From the NCBI GenBank assembly GCA_041615815.1, contig JBFJCP010000008.1, positions 63,154 to 127,153 of the forward strand: a stretch of DNA of 64,000 bases. Reading direction: 5' to 3'. Below the pieces are notes generated by a model, which made no database searches, was not told the DNA's origin, and saw only the letters and a list, made by a program, of their open reading frames with translations. The position numbers were made by a program, and so were the translations under genes. The stretch is from Gemmatimonadales bacterium. GTDB lineage: Bacteria > Gemmatimonadota > Gemmatimonadetes > Gemmatimonadales > GWC2-71-9. Shown in pieces: positions 18,253 through 28,305 of the stretch (position 1 is the first letter of the stretch; each line of letters starts with the position of its first letter).

Positions 18253-19267
18253 CCGGTTGCTCAACGCTTGTCGGGGGCAACCGGTGGACGTGACACCCGT
18301 GTGGTTCATGCGTCAGGCCGGTCGATATCTCCCGGAGTATCGCGCGATCCGCGAGCACCACTCGATTCTCGAGATTTGTCACGATCCCACACTGGCTGCG
18401 GAGGTGTCGCTCCAGCCAGTGACACGTTTCGAACCGGACGCCGCCATCGTCTTCGCTGACATCTTGCTGCCGTTCGAGCCGTGGGGGCTCGGACTGTCCT
18501 TCCACCCCGGTGAAGGCCCCGTCCTGGACCACCCCATCCGCACCGCAGACCACGTGGAGGGCCTGCGGGTGCTGGATCCGCACACCGACCTCGGGTTTGT
18601 GCTGGAAACCGTGCGCCTTGTGAGTCAGGAACTCGGCCACCGGGTACCGGTGATCGGATTCGCTGGCGCGCCGTTCACGCTGGCGTCGTATGCGATCGAG
18701 GGAGGTGCATCCCGTCAGTTCATCGAGACGAAGCGCTTCATGTACGGACAGCCGGAGGCGTGGCACGCGCTTCTGTCGACCTTGGCAGCAACCGTGGGGC
18801 AATTTCTTGCTGCTCAGGCAAAAGCCGGCGCCCAGGTGCTTCAGCTATTCGACAGTTGGGTGGGCTGTCTGGCGCCCTCGGACTACCGGCGGTTCGTGCT
18901 GCCTCATTCACGGCAGGCCCTCACCCTGGCCGCCGCAGCCGGCACACCCACCATCCACTTCGGCACGTGTACCGCAACGCTCTTGGACGCGATGGCCGAT
19001 GCAGGCGCGGACGTGATATCGGTGGACTGGCGTATCCCACTGGACCGCGCATGGCGGCACTTCCCCGACCGAGCCATCCAGGGAAATCTGGATCCAGCCG
19101 CCCTCCTCGCACCGGCGCCCGAGCTCCGCACCCAGGTCCACGACGTGCTCGCACGCGCCGCGCGGCGCCCGGGCCACATCTTCAATCTGGGCCACGGTGT
19201 GCTGCCACAGACATCGCCTGATCACGTACGGGCCACGATCGATCTCGTGCGCGAGTACCGCCCGTGA
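18242..19267 (+). CDS. hemE: uroporphyrinogen decarboxylase
   Basis: PVWFMRQAGRYLPEYR, GFAGAPFTLASY, QLFDSW, QGNLDP, HIFNLGHG. Confidence 0.96.
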   Translation: MSGDRLLNACRGQPVDVTPVWFMRQAGRYLPEYRAIREHHSILEICHDPTLAAEVSLQPVTRFEPDAAIVFADILLPFEPWGLGLSFHPGEGPVLDHPIRTADHVEGLRVLDPHTDLGFVLETVRLVSQELGHRVPVIGFAGAPFTLASYAIEGGASRQFIETKRFMYGQPEAWHALLSTLAATVGQFLAAQAKAGAQVLQLFDSWVGCLAPSDYRRFVLPHSRQALTLAAAAGTPTIHFGTCTATLLDAMADAGADVISVDWRIPLDRAWRHFPDRAIQGNLDPAALLAPAPELRTQVHDVLARAARRPGHIFNLGHGVLPQTSPDHVRATIDLVREYRP

Positions 19268-20373
19268 CGCTGGATGGGGCGCGGGTGGGCGTGGTTGGGG
19301 GCGGAGTGGCAGGACTTGCCGCTGCGGTCGAGCTCGGTCGCCTCGGCGCCGAGACTTATCTCTACGAGTCCTCGGACACCGTGGGTGGCCAGATCCGGAC
19401 CTTCAGAGCACCCGGTTTCGTGATCGAGGACGGCGCCGACGGCTTCTCGACGCCGAGCTCGTCAGAAAGGGAATTGCTCACCACCCTTGGATTGACTGGA
19501 CGGCTAGTCAAGCAGAGGGCTTTGCCGCTCCTTTCCTACCGCGCAGGAACGCTGAGCCGCCTCAACCCTAAGCTGGCTGCAGAGTTACTCGGCATTCGAA
19601 CCCATGGGGTCCGGCCACGAAGCAGCCTGCTCAGCTTCGAAACGGGCATGTCGGACTTGGTTGATGCATTGGAATCGGCCTTGTCGAACGCCACGATTCG
19701 ACGGGCCAAGCCGGTACTCGTGGTTTCGCCAAGCCCGGACGGCATCATCACACAAACGCAAAACCACAACTACGACGCGGTTGACCTGTTGGTAATCGCG
19801 ACGCCTCCGGTGGTAGCTGGAAAGCTCCTTTCCTTTGCAGCACAGGGACTTGGAGACACGATTCCGGTTCCCGAGCTGACTTCGATTGTCACGGTCTCGC
19901 TTGCGTTTCCGCGTTCTGCCGTGGTTCATCCACTGGATGCCACCGGATTCGTCGTCATCGGCCGCGATGGCGCGGTGCCGCGGGATGGCCTCCGAGCGTG
20001 TAGCTTCGCTTCCTCCAAGTTCCCGGGACGAGCACCCCGGGATCATGTGCTGGTTAGGGCGTTCTACCGCCCGGGGGATGCGCTCGGTCTCGACGAGGCC
20101 GATGAGCGGTGGGTCGACCGTGCCATCCATGACCTCGATCCAGTCCTCGGCCTCCGCGCCGACTGCATCCTCTCACGGGTCGCACGGTGGCCACAGGCGC
20201 TTCCCGCTCGCCCGGGAGCACCGGCGGGCACGTCGACTCTCGACCTCATCCACCGGTGTGGGGAGAGAGTGGTCGTCGCCGGATCGGCAGTGACCGGGCC
20301 AGGCGTCCTTTCGGCCCTCTGCTCTGGCAGGAAGGCGGCTTCGGCCGTGCACGCAGCGAGTCATGACCTGTGA
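19264..20373 (+). CDS. hemY: HemY/CgoX-like FAD-dependent (copro/proto)porphyrinogen oxidase, short form
   Basis: [41 protein letters not shown]. Operon context. Confidence 0.72.
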   Translation: MTLDGARVGVVGGGVAGLAAAVELGRLGAETYLYESSDTVGGQIRTFRAPGFVIEDGADGFSTPSSSERELLTTLGLTGRLVKQRALPLLSYRAGTLSRLNPKLAAELLGIRTHGVRPRSSLLSFETGMSDLVDALESALSNATIRRAKPVLVVSPSPDGIITQTQNHNYDAVDLLVIATPPVVAGKLLSFAAQGLGDTIPVPELTSIVTVSLAFPRSAVVHPLDATGFVVIGRDGAVPRDGLRACSFASSKFPGRAPRDHVLVRAFYRPGDALGLDEADERWVDRAIHDLDPVLGLRADCILSRVARWPQALPARPGAPAGTSTLDLIHRCGERVVVAGSAVTGPGVLSALCSGRKAASAVHAASHDL

Positions 20374-20425
20374 CCCCAAAACGGCTGGTCTAGCAGGCTG
20401 CCCCACCTGGTCTCAAATTGGGCCC

Positions 20426-21058
20426 ATGTTTCCGAATCTGACGATCGTCGATCACCCGCTGATTCAGCACAAGCTCACAATTCTCCGCGACCGCCATACC
20501 TCCACACGGGACTTCAAGGCGCTGGTCAACGAGATCGCCATGCTCATGGCGTACGAGGCTACGAAGCACATTCCCCTCGAAACGATCGACGTGGAGACGC
20601 CTCTGGAGCACACCACTGGCCGCGTGGTGGCAGGAAAGAAGCTCGCCCTGGTTCCCATCCTCCGGGCCGGGCTCGGGATGGTCGATGGCATCACCCAACT
20701 CATCCCGAGCGCACGCGTGGGTCATATCGGTCTCTACCGGGATCACGACACGCTGGAGCCAGTGGACTACTACTTCAAGATCCCGGGCGAGGAGGAAGAC
20801 CGCACGTTCTTCGTGCTCGACCCCATGCTGGCCACTGGGGGATCCGCGGTGCAAGCCGTGACGGCACTGAAGCGGGCCGGTGCCCATCGCGTGCAATTCC
20901 TCTGCCTGGTCGCCTCGCCTGAAGGTGTCCGGCGGATGGTGGACGCGCACCCCGATGTCATGGTGTTTGCCGCGGCGCTGGATCGAGAGCTGAACGACCA
21001 GGGATACATTCTGCCGGGTCTGGGAGACGCGGGTGACCGGCTCTTCGGCACGCGTTGA
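20426..21058 (+). CDS. upp: uracil phosphoribosyltransferase
   Basis: [42 protein letters not shown]. Confidence 0.96.
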   Translation: MFPNLTIVDHPLIQHKLTILRDRHTSTRDFKALVNEIAMLMAYEATKHIPLETIDVETPLEHTTGRVVAGKKLALVPILRAGLGMVDGITQLIPSARVGHIGLYRDHDTLEPVDYYFKIPGEEEDRTFFVLDPMLATGGSAVQAVTALKRAGAHRVQFLCLVASPEGVRRMVDAHPDVMVFAAALDRELNDQGYILPGLGDAGDRLFGTR

Positions 21059-21069
21059 CGAGACGATCG

Positions 21070-21237
21070 ATGAAACAGTATGAGGCAGTGATACTCCGAC
21101 TTCACGGCAGAGCTCGCGAGGACGAGGAGGCCATCACCGATCTCCTGAACGAGCGAGCCCGCATGGGATGGAGTTTTCGCCGAGCCACCGGCCTCCAGGA
21201 AGAAAAACTGCTGCTCGTTTTCGCTCGGGAGACGTAG
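21070..21237 (+). CDS. DUF4177-like small protein
   Basis: MKQYE...LLNERARMGWSF...LLVFAR pattern. Confidence 0.55.
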   Translation: MKQYEAVILRLHGRAREDEEAITDLLNERARMGWSFRRATGLQEEKLLLVFARET

Positions 21238-21334
21238 TCCCCAACGCCGGGCAACCCCCGTCGTCCTCGTTTCGCCTCACTGGGGCGACGCAACGATTCT
21301 GCCCTCTCACACGTCCAAACTATACGAGGATGCG

Positions 21335-21889
21335 ATGGACCGATCGCCGGAACGGATCGCGCAGCGTCGAGCGTATGCAGGCCGGTTGCTCAACGTGGAT
21401 GTGGAAACGCTCGAAACCCCGGACGGGACCCGTCTGGAGCTGGAAATGGTTCGACATCCTGGCGCTGCTGCGGTGGTTGCGCTGTTGTCGGACCCTGATG
21501 GCCCGGATCCGTTGGTCTTGCTCTTGGAGCAGTACCGCCATGCCGCCGGGGGCACGATTTGGGAGATCCCCGCCGGGGTCCTTCAGCCCGGAGAAGACCC
21601 GGCGGCGTGTGCGCGGCGTGAGCTGGAGGAGGAGACCGGGGCCGCGGCACGCACCATCGAGCATCTCACGACGATCTATACGACCCCGGGGTTCACCGAT
21701 GAGCAAATTCATCTGTTTCTCGCTACGGACATCACCGCGGGGGAACCGAGGCACGAGCGGGACGAGTTCATAAAGGTGAGCACTCGTCCGCTCTCACAGG
21801 CGCTCGAGATGATTCGGGACGGCGCGATGGTGGACGCCAAGTCAATCGTGGCGCTGCTCTACGTGGCCGGCTACCGGCTCAATTTGTAG
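21335..21889 (+). CDS. NUDIX hydrolase (ADP-ribose pyrophosphatase-like)
   Basis: HPGAA, QYR, EIPAG..ARRELEEETG, TPGFTDE, DAKS. Confidence 0.9.
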   Translation: MDRSPERIAQRRAYAGRLLNVDVETLETPDGTRLELEMVRHPGAAAVVALLSDPDGPDPLVLLLEQYRHAAGGTIWEIPAGVLQPGEDPAACARRELEEETGAAARTIEHLTTIYTTPGFTDEQIHLFLATDITAGEPRHERDEFIKVSTRPLSQALEMIRDGAMVDAKSIVALLYVAGYRLNL

Positions 21890-22140
21890 AAACCGTGTCC
21901 CCCAACGGGGACAGATCGAAACGCCCGGGACGCCGAAGGAGGCGGAGCGAAGCTCAGTATCACATTGTGAAACAAGTGGTTACGAAATTCTGCAAGAGGA
22001 GATCGTTGCGAGGTATGGTTTCTGCTCCAACGACATATCGAGGAAGGAAGTCGAGTCCACGGAGGGTCTAGACGAATCGTTTGTTGTCCGAATCAAGGGC
22101 TGCCGCCGCGGTCGCGACGGTGTGCCCAGGGAGACATCAC

Positions 22141-22785
22141 ATGACCGCAGCAGTACGAACCCCTGACCGGGCGCCCACCTGGTCCGCCCGGGAGGCCCGT
22201 TCTCGTCTCCGCGAGCTGGACGATTCACAGGTCGTGGCCGCGTATCTGGATGGTGAGCGCGCCGCCTTTGGCGAGCTCGTCGACCGGTACCAGAAACGCC
22301 TCCTCAACTTCGTGTATCGGACCATCGGAGATCGCGAGCGAGCCGAGGATCTCGTCCAGGAGGTCTTCATTCGCGTCCACCGGCATCTGCATCGGTTTGA
22401 CCAGACCAAGAAGTTCTCGACGTGGATCTACACGATCGCGTCGAATCTCGCCAAGAACGAGCTGCGAAACCGGAGCCGGAGTCCACTGGTCCTCTTTCAG
22501 ACGATCAAGAAGAACTGGGAGGCGGATCACCGCCCCCTCCAATTCGAGGATCATCACCATCGTCCGGACGATCTCTATCGCAAGCGTCACTTGCGGGAAC
22601 TCGTCGAGTGGGCCGTCGCACAGCTGCCCGTGCATCACCGTACGGTGTTTGTGCTCCGCGAGCTCGAGGGCAAGACCTACGAGGAGATCGCCGATATCAC
22701 CGACTGCAACCTGGGAACGGTGAAGAGCCGCCTGAACCGGGCGCGAAACCGGTTTGCCCAGATCATCGCGCCGTTGCTCGACTAG
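22141..22785 (+). CDS. ECF RNA polymerase sigma factor (RpoE/SigW-like)
   Basis: AEDLVQEVF, FSTWIYTIASN, YEEIA, GTVKSRLNRAR. GGAGA RBS. Confidence 0.93.
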   Translation: MTAAVRTPDRAPTWSAREARSRLRELDDSQVVAAYLDGERAAFGELVDRYQKRLLNFVYRTIGDRERAEDLVQEVFIRVHRHLHRFDQTKKFSTWIYTIASNLAKNELRNRSRSPLVLFQTIKKNWEADHRPLQFEDHHHRPDDLYRKRHLRELVEWAVAQLPVHHRTVFVLRELEGKTYEEIADITDCNLGTVKSRLNRARNRFAQIIAPLLD

Positions 22786-22810
22786 ACGAGATTCGATAAA
22801 CTCCGGAGGC

Positions 22811-22883
22811 GAAACGGGAACGGGGCCCAGCGAAGCGAAGCGCCCTAGCGAGACTGTTGCTCTATCCTCCCCGTTCCCGTTTC
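22811..22883. repeat. perfect 15-bp inverted repeat (structured RNA or terminator) between sigma and anti-sigma
   Basis: GAAACGGGAACGGGG (22811-22825) and CCCCGTTCCCGTTTC (22869-22883). Confidence 0.8.
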
Positions 22884-22964
22884 TCCATCGCCTAGAGCGG
22901 ACCGGCGGGAACCTCCCATCCCCAGGTCGGTAGTAGGCTCGTGGCACACTTGCGCCGTCTCGAT

Positions 22965-23441
22965 ATGCACTGTCAGGAATTCCTGGAACGGTACTCGGAA
23001 TACCGCGATGAAGTGATCGCGGATCTCGGCCTGTTGGCCCGTGTCGACGGCCATCTGGCCGTGTGCCGGGCGTGCCAGCAGTACGACGCGGTGGTCCGAC
23101 GGGGCGTGGCCGTGTTGCGGGCGGACGACTTGGAGCCCACGGGGGTGTGGAAGCCTCCGCGTGACCTTTCCGTGCTCGAGGACGCCGGGCCGGTCGCGCC
23201 GACCGCAGCTCGCTTCCTCGCGACGCTCATGCTGGCTGCAGGCCTTACGTCCCTCGTGTGGGAGGGTACCGGACGGACCTCCGAACCGGCTGCCGAACAC
23301 GTGTCGCGACCCTCCCCCGTCGCGGTTGCCAGCCCCGGGATCCCGTTCGTCCGGTTCGTGGACCGCGAGTCTGAGCCCGCCGCCGGCCGCCAATCGGTAC
23401 AACCCGCCCTCACTCTTTATCAGCCACCGCCAGATCGGTAA
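22965..23441 (+). CDS. zinc-finger anti-sigma factor (ZAS) with TM helix
   Basis: MHCQEF...HLAVCRAC (HxxxCxxC), then a TM segment. Follows the ECF sigma. Alternative GTG start at 22941. Confidence 0.8.
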   Translation: MHCQEFLERYSEYRDEVIADLGLLARVDGHLAVCRACQQYDAVVRRGVAVLRADDLEPTGVWKPPRDLSVLEDAGPVAPTAARFLATLMLAAGLTSLVWEGTGRTSEPAAEHVSRPSPVAVASPGIPFVRFVDRESEPAAGRQSVQPALTLYQPPPDR

Positions 23442-23452
23442 CTTCCGCCTAT

Positions 23453-24505
23453 ATGGCGGGCACCATCACCTTCGATTCTGCCTACCGCGCCATCAAGCGC
23501 GGCGAGCTGGCACCCGTCTACTACTTGACCGGTGCTGAAGACGTCTTGAAAGACGAGCTCGTTGGCCTGATCACGGAGCAAGCCCTCGATGTGGGCAACC
23601 GCGATTTCAATTTCGACGTTCGCACCGCGGCCGATCTCGGCGGGGAGAGTTTGCATGCGCTCGTCGAGACTCCGCCGATGCTCGCGGAGCGGCGGGTCGT
23701 GGTGGTGCGAAACCTCGAGCAATGGCGTCGCAACGCGAAGGTGTGGAGCGTCCTCGAGGCTTATCTCGAGCACCCGTCTCCGAGCACGGTGCTGGTCCTG
23801 GTGCTCGGAGCGGGAGAAAAGCCACAATCGCGAGTCACCTCGCGCGCCGTAACCGTCGAAGTGCGACCGCTCAATCCGGACCGGCTGCGCCGGTGGGTGA
23901 GCACGCGAGCGGAAGGCGTTGGCATCGTGTTGGATGAAGATGCGGCCACACATCTTCTGGAAGCGGTGGGCGCGGATTTGTCGCTCCTCGCCCTCGAGCT
24001 CGAGAAACTCGCCGCCGCAACACGCAGCGATGGAGCGGTGACCGCAACAGAAGTCGCGGCCCTTGTGGGGGTTCGTCGGGGGGAAACACCTCACGATTGG
24101 GTCCGGGCGGTGCTGGCCCGCGACGTGACCCGCGCAGTCGGCATGCTCGACGTGGTCCTCTCCGCAGCCGGTGTGAGCGGAGTGCGTCTCGTGTCGTTGC
24201 TGGGGACCACGCTGGTGGGCGTGCGCGTGGGGCGGGCTTGCCTCGACGGACGTGATGGATCACAGGTGGAGCGTCAGGTGTTCGACGCCATTCGGGCTGC
24301 CCGTCCACCGGGGATGGGGAGTTGGCGAGAGGAAGCGGCTGCCTGGGCCCGCGCCGCGCGGCAGTGGAACGCGGGCGAGCTCGATGCCGCCCTAGCAGCG
24401 GTCTATGAGGCTGACCGTCTCCTCAAGGCCACCACGGTGCGTGACGAAGGAGGCATCCTGACAGACATGTTGCTCCACATCGGTATGAGACGGGCGGCAG
24501 CGTGA
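23453..24505 (+). CDS. holA: DNA polymerase III delta subunit
   Basis: PVYYLTGAE, DFNF, TPPMLAERRVVVV, ELEKL, EADRLLK. Confidence 0.88.
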   Translation: MAGTITFDSAYRAIKRGELAPVYYLTGAEDVLKDELVGLITEQALDVGNRDFNFDVRTAADLGGESLHALVETPPMLAERRVVVVRNLEQWRRNAKVWSVLEAYLEHPSPSTVLVLVLGAGEKPQSRVTSRAVTVEVRPLNPDRLRRWVSTRAEGVGIVLDEDAATHLLEAVGADLSLLALELEKLAAATRSDGAVTATEVAALVGVRRGETPHDWVRAVLARDVTRAVGMLDVVLSAAGVSGVRLVSLLGTTLVGVRVGRACLDGRDGSQVERQVFDAIRAARPPGMGSWREEAAAWARAARQWNAGELDAALAAVYEADRLLKATTVRDEGGILTDMLLHIGMRRAAA

Positions 24506-25317
24506 GCAGAATCATATTCCTACTGATCCCCTTGCTGATCCCTCTTGCCGCACAGGCGCAGCAGGAGGATTCGATCTTGACCCACGCGATGCGGCTGGCC
24601 ACCGAGGGGCAGGGAGAGGCCGCGCGATCCTATGTCCGGCAGCAACTGGATCGCATCGCTCCTGCCGATTCCCGCTATGCGGAGGCGCTTTTCGCCGCCG
24701 GAGTCGTGGCGGCGACCACGGATGACGCCCGCATGTTCTTCCGTCGGGTCAGCATAGAGTTCTCTCGGTCATCGTGGGCAGACGAAGCGCTGTTGCGCCT
24801 GGCGCAGCTCGCGTATGCGGAACAGGACTACGAGTCGGCCCTCCGCGCGGCCGAGCGCATCGTGATGGACTACCCTTTCAGCAATGTCTTCGCCGAGGCC
24901 AACTACTGGGCGGGGCGAGCCAACCTCGAGCAGGGGAACGCCGCCATCGGGTGTGCCCAACTGAATCGGGCCGGCGAGGTGGCCGGTGAGAACATCGAGC
25001 TCGCGAACCGGGTGCGGTTCTATCGCATGCGATGTGCGACCGCGGCGGGCGCCCCGAGCACGGGCCCCGACGCACCCCCGCGGACCGGACGGTCGGCGTG
25101 GACCGTACAGGTCGCAGCACTTCAGAGCGCCGCCGCCGCCGACGAGCTCATGCGTGCGCTCCACGCCGAGGGATACGAAGACGTCCGCGTCGTGCAGGAG
25201 GAAGGTTTCCTCAAGGTCCGCGTTGGCCAATTCACCAACCGGGCGCAGGCGACCCGGCTTGCCGGCGAGTTGTCCAGAAAGTTCGGTGGGAATCCTTTTG
25301 TGGTCGAACAGCCGTGA
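24502..25317 (+). CDS. TPR and SPOR domain periplasmic protein
   Basis: Signal peptide, TPR-like helices, WTVQVAA...KVRVGQF SPOR domain. Confidence 0.82.
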   Translation: MSRIIFLLIPLLIPLAAQAQQEDSILTHAMRLATEGQGEAARSYVRQQLDRIAPADSRYAEALFAAGVVAATTDDARMFFRRVSIEFSRSSWADEALLRLAQLAYAEQDYESALRAAERIVMDYPFSNVFAEANYWAGRANLEQGNAAIGCAQLNRAGEVAGENIELANRVRFYRMRCATAAGAPSTGPDAPPRTGRSAWTVQVAALQSAAAADELMRALHAEGYEDVRVVQEEGFLKVRVGQFTNRAQATRLAGELSRKFGGNPFVVEQP

Positions 25318-27908
25318 CTCGACGCCGCACGCCATCCGCTGTCGCGGACACCCCGTTGATGCAGCAGTACCGCGAGATCAAAGCGCGAAACGCCGATGCG
25401 ATCGTGTTTTTCCGTATGGGCGATTTCTACGAGATGTTCTTCGACGATGCGGAGCTTGCGGCGAGGGAGTTGGGTCTCACCCTGACGACGCGGAACAACG
25501 GCGGCGCCGCCAACGTGCCCCTGGCCGGTGTACCGGTCAAGGCCGCGCGCGATTACCTCCGCCGACTCGTGGATCGCGGTTTTCGAGTGGCGGTGTGTGA
25601 ACAGGTGGAGGATCCCAAACATGCCAAAGGAATCGTCAAACGGGAGGTCGTCGAGACGATCACACCGGGTGCCGTGCTGGCGGATGACTGGCTCGAGGGG
25701 TCCCAGAACAACTTCTTAGTGGCCGTGACGGAGGGAGATCCCTGGGGTCTCGCCGCGTTAGATCTTTCTACCGGTGAGTTCGTGCTGGAAACCGTCGCGG
25801 CATCAGAAATCGACGGCGCGCTGTCGCGCTACGCACCACGGGAGATCGTGATCCGCGAGGGAGCCGCAATGCCGTGGCCGGACTCGCCCACCGTGACGGA
25901 GCGCGATACGTCGGAATTCGATGTTGGCCACGCCACGAAGACAGTGGCCGATCACTTCGGCCTCCACGGGCTCGACGGCCTGGGCGTGTTGCCGGCGGAT
26001 GGCCCTGCCGTGGCGGCGGCAGGCGCATTACTACGATACGTCTATGAGCTCCAACCGGGTGGCATCCCTCAGATCGCGCGGCCTGAGGTGCGTCGCAGCG
26101 GTGACACGGTGCCGCTCGATCCCATGACACGGCGGAACCTGGAGCTCGTGGAGTCGTTGCGAGAGGGGGAGCAGCGGGGGACGCTGTTGACCGTCGTCGA
26201 CCGGTGTGTCACGCCGATGGGCGGCCGACTCCTTCGGCAGTGGTTGCTGGCACCGCTGCGCGACGTGGATCGCATTCGTGCTCGTCTGGAGGCGGTGGGC
26301 GCATTGGTGGCGGACCGTCGCGGTCGCGAGCGGGTCCGTGACGCCCTCGATGGCGTGCGTGACCTGCAGCGCCTGGGTGGCCGTGTGGCCACTGGACGAG
26401 GCTCGCCGCGGGATTTTGGAGGCCTGCGCGATTCCCTGGGCCGCCTGCCAGACGTGTTGAACGCGCTTCACGCGCTGGCCACGCCCGGTGCCCTGCTCGA
26501 GCACCACACCGACACGTTGGATCTCCTGTCCGATCTCACGGAGCCGCTGGTGCGGCTGTTGGCAGACCGTCCTCCAGCCGCCATCGGCGAGGGGGATGCG
26601 ATTCGGCCGGGCGCCGATGCCACTTTGGACGAGGCCCGCGACGATCGAGATGGAGGAAAGCGGTTTATCGCCGGGCTCCAGGCCGGTGAGCGAACGCGAA
26701 CCGGCATTCCTTCGCTCAAAGTGGGCTACAACAAGGTCTTCGGTTACTACATCGAGATCACGAAGGCGCACAAGCATGCCGTGCCAGCGGACTACGAGCG
26801 CCGGCAGACGCTGACCAACGCGGAACGGTACGTCACACCCGAACTCAAAGACTACGAGTCGCGCGTTCTCACGGCGGAGGAACGTGTTGTGCATCGAGAG
26901 CGGGTCCTCATGGCGGAGCTCGCCGCGCTGGTAACTGATCGCCTCGATCGCTTGCAGCACACCGCCACGCTCATCGGTGTGCTCGACGTGCTCCAGGCAT
27001 TCGCTGAAACGGCTGCCCGAGAGCAATGGGTCGCTCCCACGGTGACCGGGGAGTTCGCTCTGGAGCTCCGCGGCTCGCGTCATCCGGTGGTCGAACGGCT
27101 GTTGCCACCCGGACGATTCATTCCGAACGACATCACGTTGGACGAGGCCGGACGCATCATCCTGCTCACGGGTCCCAACATGGCGGGCAAGTCGACGGTG
27201 CTTCGCCAGACGGGGCTGGCCGTGCTCTTGGCGCAGATCGGCTCGTTCGTTCCTGCACGCTCGGCCACGATCGGCGTCGTGGATCGCATCTTTACCCGCG
27301 TGGGCGCGACCGACGATTTGGGAAGAGGACAGTCGACGTTCATGGTGGAGATGAGCGAAACGTCGGCCATCCTGCATGCCGCGACGAATCGCAGTTTAGT
27401 GCTCCTCGATGAGATCGGCCGCGGGACATCGACCTATGATGGAGTCGCCATTGCGTGGGCGGTCACGGAACACCTGCACGATCGCATCGGTTGCAAGACC
27501 ATCTTCGCCACCCACTATCACGAGCTCACGCAACTGACGGAGGATCTCCATCACGCGCGCAATTTCAATGTGGCGGTGCAGGAGTCGGGCGATCGCATCG
27601 TGTTCATGTACCGCCTCGTCCCGGGTGGCGCAGACCGGTCGTATGGCATCCATGTGGGACGCCTTGCCGGCCTGCCCACAGGTGTGGTGGGACGCGCCGA
27701 GGAGATCTTGAGCTTGTTGGAGTCGGGCCACCAGGTGGCGGGGGAGGCCCCGCCACCCCGTCCAGATGCCCACCAGCTGGCCCTGTTCCACGCGGGGCAC
27801 CATCCCGTCCTCGCTGAGCTCGCCAAGTTGGACCCCAACACGCTCTCCCCCCTCGAAGCGCTCAATCGTCTGGCAGAGCTCAAGCGGCAGGTCGACCACC
27901 GTGAATAG
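25314..27908 (+). CDS. mutS: DNA mismatch repair protein MutS
   Basis: TPLMQQY, FFRMGDFYE, TGPNMAGKS, STFMVEM, DEIGRGT, ATHYHEL. GTG start overlaps the upstream stop. Confidence 0.97.
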   Translation: MTRRRTPSAVADTPLMQQYREIKARNADAIVFFRMGDFYEMFFDDAELAARELGLTLTTRNNGGAANVPLAGVPVKAARDYLRRLVDRGFRVAVCEQVEDPKHAKGIVKREVVETITPGAVLADDWLEGSQNNFLVAVTEGDPWGLAALDLSTGEFVLETVAASEIDGALSRYAPREIVIREGAAMPWPDSPTVTERDTSEFDVGHATKTVADHFGLHGLDGLGVLPADGPAVAAAGALLRYVYELQPGGIPQIARPEVRRSGDTVPLDPMTRRNLELVESLREGEQRGTLLTVVDRCVTPMGGRLLRQWLLAPLRDVDRIRARLEAVGALVADRRGRERVRDALDGVRDLQRLGGRVATGRGSPRDFGGLRDSLGRLPDVLNALHALATPGALLEHHTDTLDLLSDLTEPLVRLLADRPPAAIGEGDAIRPGADATLDEARDDRDGGKRFIAGLQAGERTRTGIPSLKVGYNKVFGYYIEITKAHKHAVPADYERRQTLTNAERYVTPELKDYESRVLTAEERVVHRERVLMAELAALVTDRLDRLQHTATLIGVLDVLQAFAETAAREQWVAPTVTGEFALELRGSRHPVVERLLPPGRFIPNDITLDEAGRIILLTGPNMAGKSTVLRQTGLAVLLAQIGSFVPARSATIGVVDRIFTRVGATDDLGRGQSTFMVEMSETSAILHAATNRSLVLLDEIGRGTSTYDGVAIAWAVTEHLHDRIGCKTIFATHYHELTQLTEDLHHARNFNVAVQESGDRIVFMYRLVPGGADRSYGIHVGRLAGLPTGVVGRAEEILSLLESGHQVAGEAPPPRPDAHQLALFHAGHHPVLAELAKLDPNTLSPLEALNRLAELKRQVDHRE

Positions 27909-28305
27909 GAGATCGCTGGGCGCGCTCGGGTTGTGTCTCGCCGCGGCGTGCGGACGCGACACCGGAAATGGACAGGATGCTGCGGATGCCGTGCCCGAGT
28001 TCGAGCCGCCCGTTGCCATCAACGCGGAATCGCCCGTGAACTACCCAGCGCAGCTGTTCCGCGAAGGTGTGGAGGGAACCGTTGTGCTGCGACTGTTCGT
28101 CGATGAGACCGGCGCGCTCGTGCTAGACTCGACCCGGATTCACGATGGCAGCGGGTATCCGAGTCTCGATTCCGCGGTGCTGGCCGGCGTGGACGCGATG
28201 CGCTTCGCACCAGCGCGCCGCAATGGCGCACCGATGCCAACTTGGTTCCTGCAGCCAGTCCACTTCCGACAGCCGGACCGGGCGCAGTCCAGAGGCGGAT
28301 CGTGA
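27901..28305 (+). CDS. TonB C-terminal domain lipoprotein
   Basis: LAAAC lipobox, YPAQL..GVEGTVVL, SGYPSLD, RFAPA. Confidence 0.8.
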   Translation: MNRRSLGALGLCLAAACGRDTGNGQDAADAVPEFEPPVAINAESPVNYPAQLFREGVEGTVVLRLFVDETGALVLDSTRIHDGSGYPSLDSAVLAGVDAMRFAPARRNGAPMPTWFLQPVHFRQPDRAQSRGGS

